Assembly (NCBI GenBank): GCA_003162875.1
Contig: PLUT01000344.1
Location: 1 to 58,653 of the forward strand
Reading direction: 5' to 3'
From: Granulicella sp.
Lineage (GTDB): Bacteria; Acidobacteriota; Terriglobia; Terriglobales; Acidobacteriaceae
Length of the DNA: 58,653 nucleotides
Below, one piece after another: positions 57,502-58,653 of the stretch. Position numbers and translations under genes: made by a program. The notes under the pieces were generated by a model. That model did not search any database. It had not been told where the DNA came from and saw only the letters and a program-made list of their open reading frames with translations. Position 1 is the stretch's first letter. Each line of letters opens with the position of its first letter.

Positions 57502-57708
57502 TTACCAGTCGAATAGCATGTTAACGTCAGCCTGATTGGTACTGCTCAGCGAGCCCTTCGCGTCTCTCGTGGTTCCAAAGAGCTGACTCGAACGTCCAAG
57601 GATCTTCCCGTGCGCATCGTGCGCGACGGTCTCGCCCGCAGCCAGGCCGCTCGTTTTCTTTCCGATAATCTGGTGCTTCCCGTCGCGGACATACTCAATC
57701 TTCAACAT
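57502..57708 (-). CDS. Small hypothetical protein (68 aa) with three RD/HD-x-x-G-like repeats
   Basis: ATG 57708 after GAGAGG. Repeats VRDGKHQIIG, AHDAHGKILG and TRDAKGSLSS. Confidence 0.55.
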   Translation of the reverse strand: MLKIEYVRDGKHQIIGKKTSGLAAGETVAHDAHGKILGRSSQLFGTTRDAKGSLSSTNQADVNMLFDW

Positions 57709-58032
57709 CTCGACCTCTCCTCTCGGTTCTTTAGAGTCTGCTCCGTATCTCCACTCTGCGCAGCTGAGCCCGAAACGGGAAGGTTGCTCGTGAGTGGCTG
57801 TACCGGACGAGAACACCGGAACTACATAAAAGTCGCCTGTAGCGGTCACAGCGCCCAAGGTCAACAACAGGGTTCTCTCCGCAGTCGTCAAAACTTGACG
57901 TCCTTACGCCGGTACACAGACAGACTGTAAGCCTCTGGTCCATTTTCCCCTAGCAGATCTGTCGTTCTCACATTTCACGGTGCCCCGAAAGAATCCATAA
58001 CAATACTTCGGTTTAGATTCTATTTTCGCTAA

Positions 58033-58653
58033 AACCTGGTTTGGGAGCCAAACCTCGACAAGCGGACAGCTGCCTTGCTCAGCAGTCTGACGGTTCGGGA
58101 CTGCCTGGTCGTGGAAGGTGGATCTTTGACCTCTTGCTCCAAGTCGACGGCGATCTACGCCGGCGAGATTCCAGCGATACACAAGATCCAGCACTCGATC
58201 TGCGTCCACATCACCGCGACCAACGCGGCACTGCCAGCCGCTCCCCAACACCTGCAGAAGACCATCGAGCGCCTCCCCGTCCACCTGGACCAATATCACA
58301 AGAAGAATCTCGATTATGTGCACCGTTGGTCGTTCGTCCCCAACGGCGTGCCCTCCGAGACGGCAGCCGTTGTAAAGGCGCTCGGTAGCTGCCTCGTGGA
58401 CGCACCCCAGCTCTGTACGAAGCTCGTTGCCGTCGTGAATACCCGGGGCCATCAGAGTCGCCTCGAAACGTCGGACACCACTGAAGCCATAGTGGTGAAA
58501 GCGACTCTGGCACTCAGTCGTGACGGACGCGAACATGCCTATGTCAGGGAAATTGCGGCCGAGGCCAACCGTCGGCTCGAAGCCCGCGGTGAAGCTGCCA
58601 AACTGAGCCCTGAGAAGGTCGGCCACTGCCTGAAGAACCTCGGTCTGCGCACT
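58033..58653 (+). pseudogene. 5'-truncated hypothetical gene running off the window end (mobile-element-type protein with a possible C-terminal winged helix)
   Basis: Stop-free frame of 207 codons after TAA at 58030-58032, not in the ORF track: EPNLDKRTAALL...KALGSCLVDAPQL...YVREIAAEANRRLEARGE..KLSPEKVGHCLKNLGLRT. Confidence 0.55.

Noticed and set aside
57904-58626. 240-aa minus-strand ORF as a real gene
   Set aside because: It is the antisense of the more protein-like + strand frame at 58033-58653.
1-58653. CRISPR arrays, tRNA and rRNA genes
   Set aside because: No regularly spaced repeats or cloverleaf/rRNA signatures were seen. Intergenic spaces are short and mostly accounted for.

Overview
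This is a ~61% GC bacterial window, most likely Acidobacteriota, judging by the Oar-like carboxypeptidase-domain TonB-dependent receptor and the Tat-exported glycosidases. About 54 kb forms one carbohydrate-utilisation region. It encodes a TonB-dependent receptor and nine glycoside hydrolases (GH29, a GH137-like beta-propeller, GH42, GH127, three GH78-type, GH39-like and a DUF4038 apiosidase-like protein). It also encodes a CE15-type esterase, four inner-membrane uptake systems (MFS, RhaT, ribose/apiose-type ABC, sugar porter) and an IclR-HTH/sugar-binding regulator. Several catabolic modules for unusual sugars are present: (i) a D-apiose-type transketolase pathway with a FucI-family isomerase; (ii) a RuBisCO-like protein plus DUF1537 kinase directly downstream of the GH127 gene; (iii) a CoA-transferase/MaoC module with two signal-less solute-binding-fold proteins; (iv) a corrinoid methyl-transfer module (UroD/MtaA-family protein, corrinoid protein, ASKHA activator, DUF1638, stand-alone homocysteine S-methyltransferase) beside a PhyH dioxygenase and a TIM-barrel isomerase. 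A palindrome TTCCR-N5-YGGAA recurs in six promoter regions across 50 kb and links most of these modules into one probable regulon. My best reading, which is inference, is a rhamnogalacturonan-II-type locus with candidate undescribed pathways for aceric acid catabolism (via the RLP) and B12-dependent O-demethylation of methyl sugars coupled to methionine synthesis. The last ~5 kb is decayed: truncated UxaA and SDR genes, a TnsA-like pseudogene, a frameshifted AAA ATPase and a 5'-truncated gene running off the end. No rRNA, tRNA or CRISPR array was seen. All family calls are from motif recognition by eye; no searches were run.
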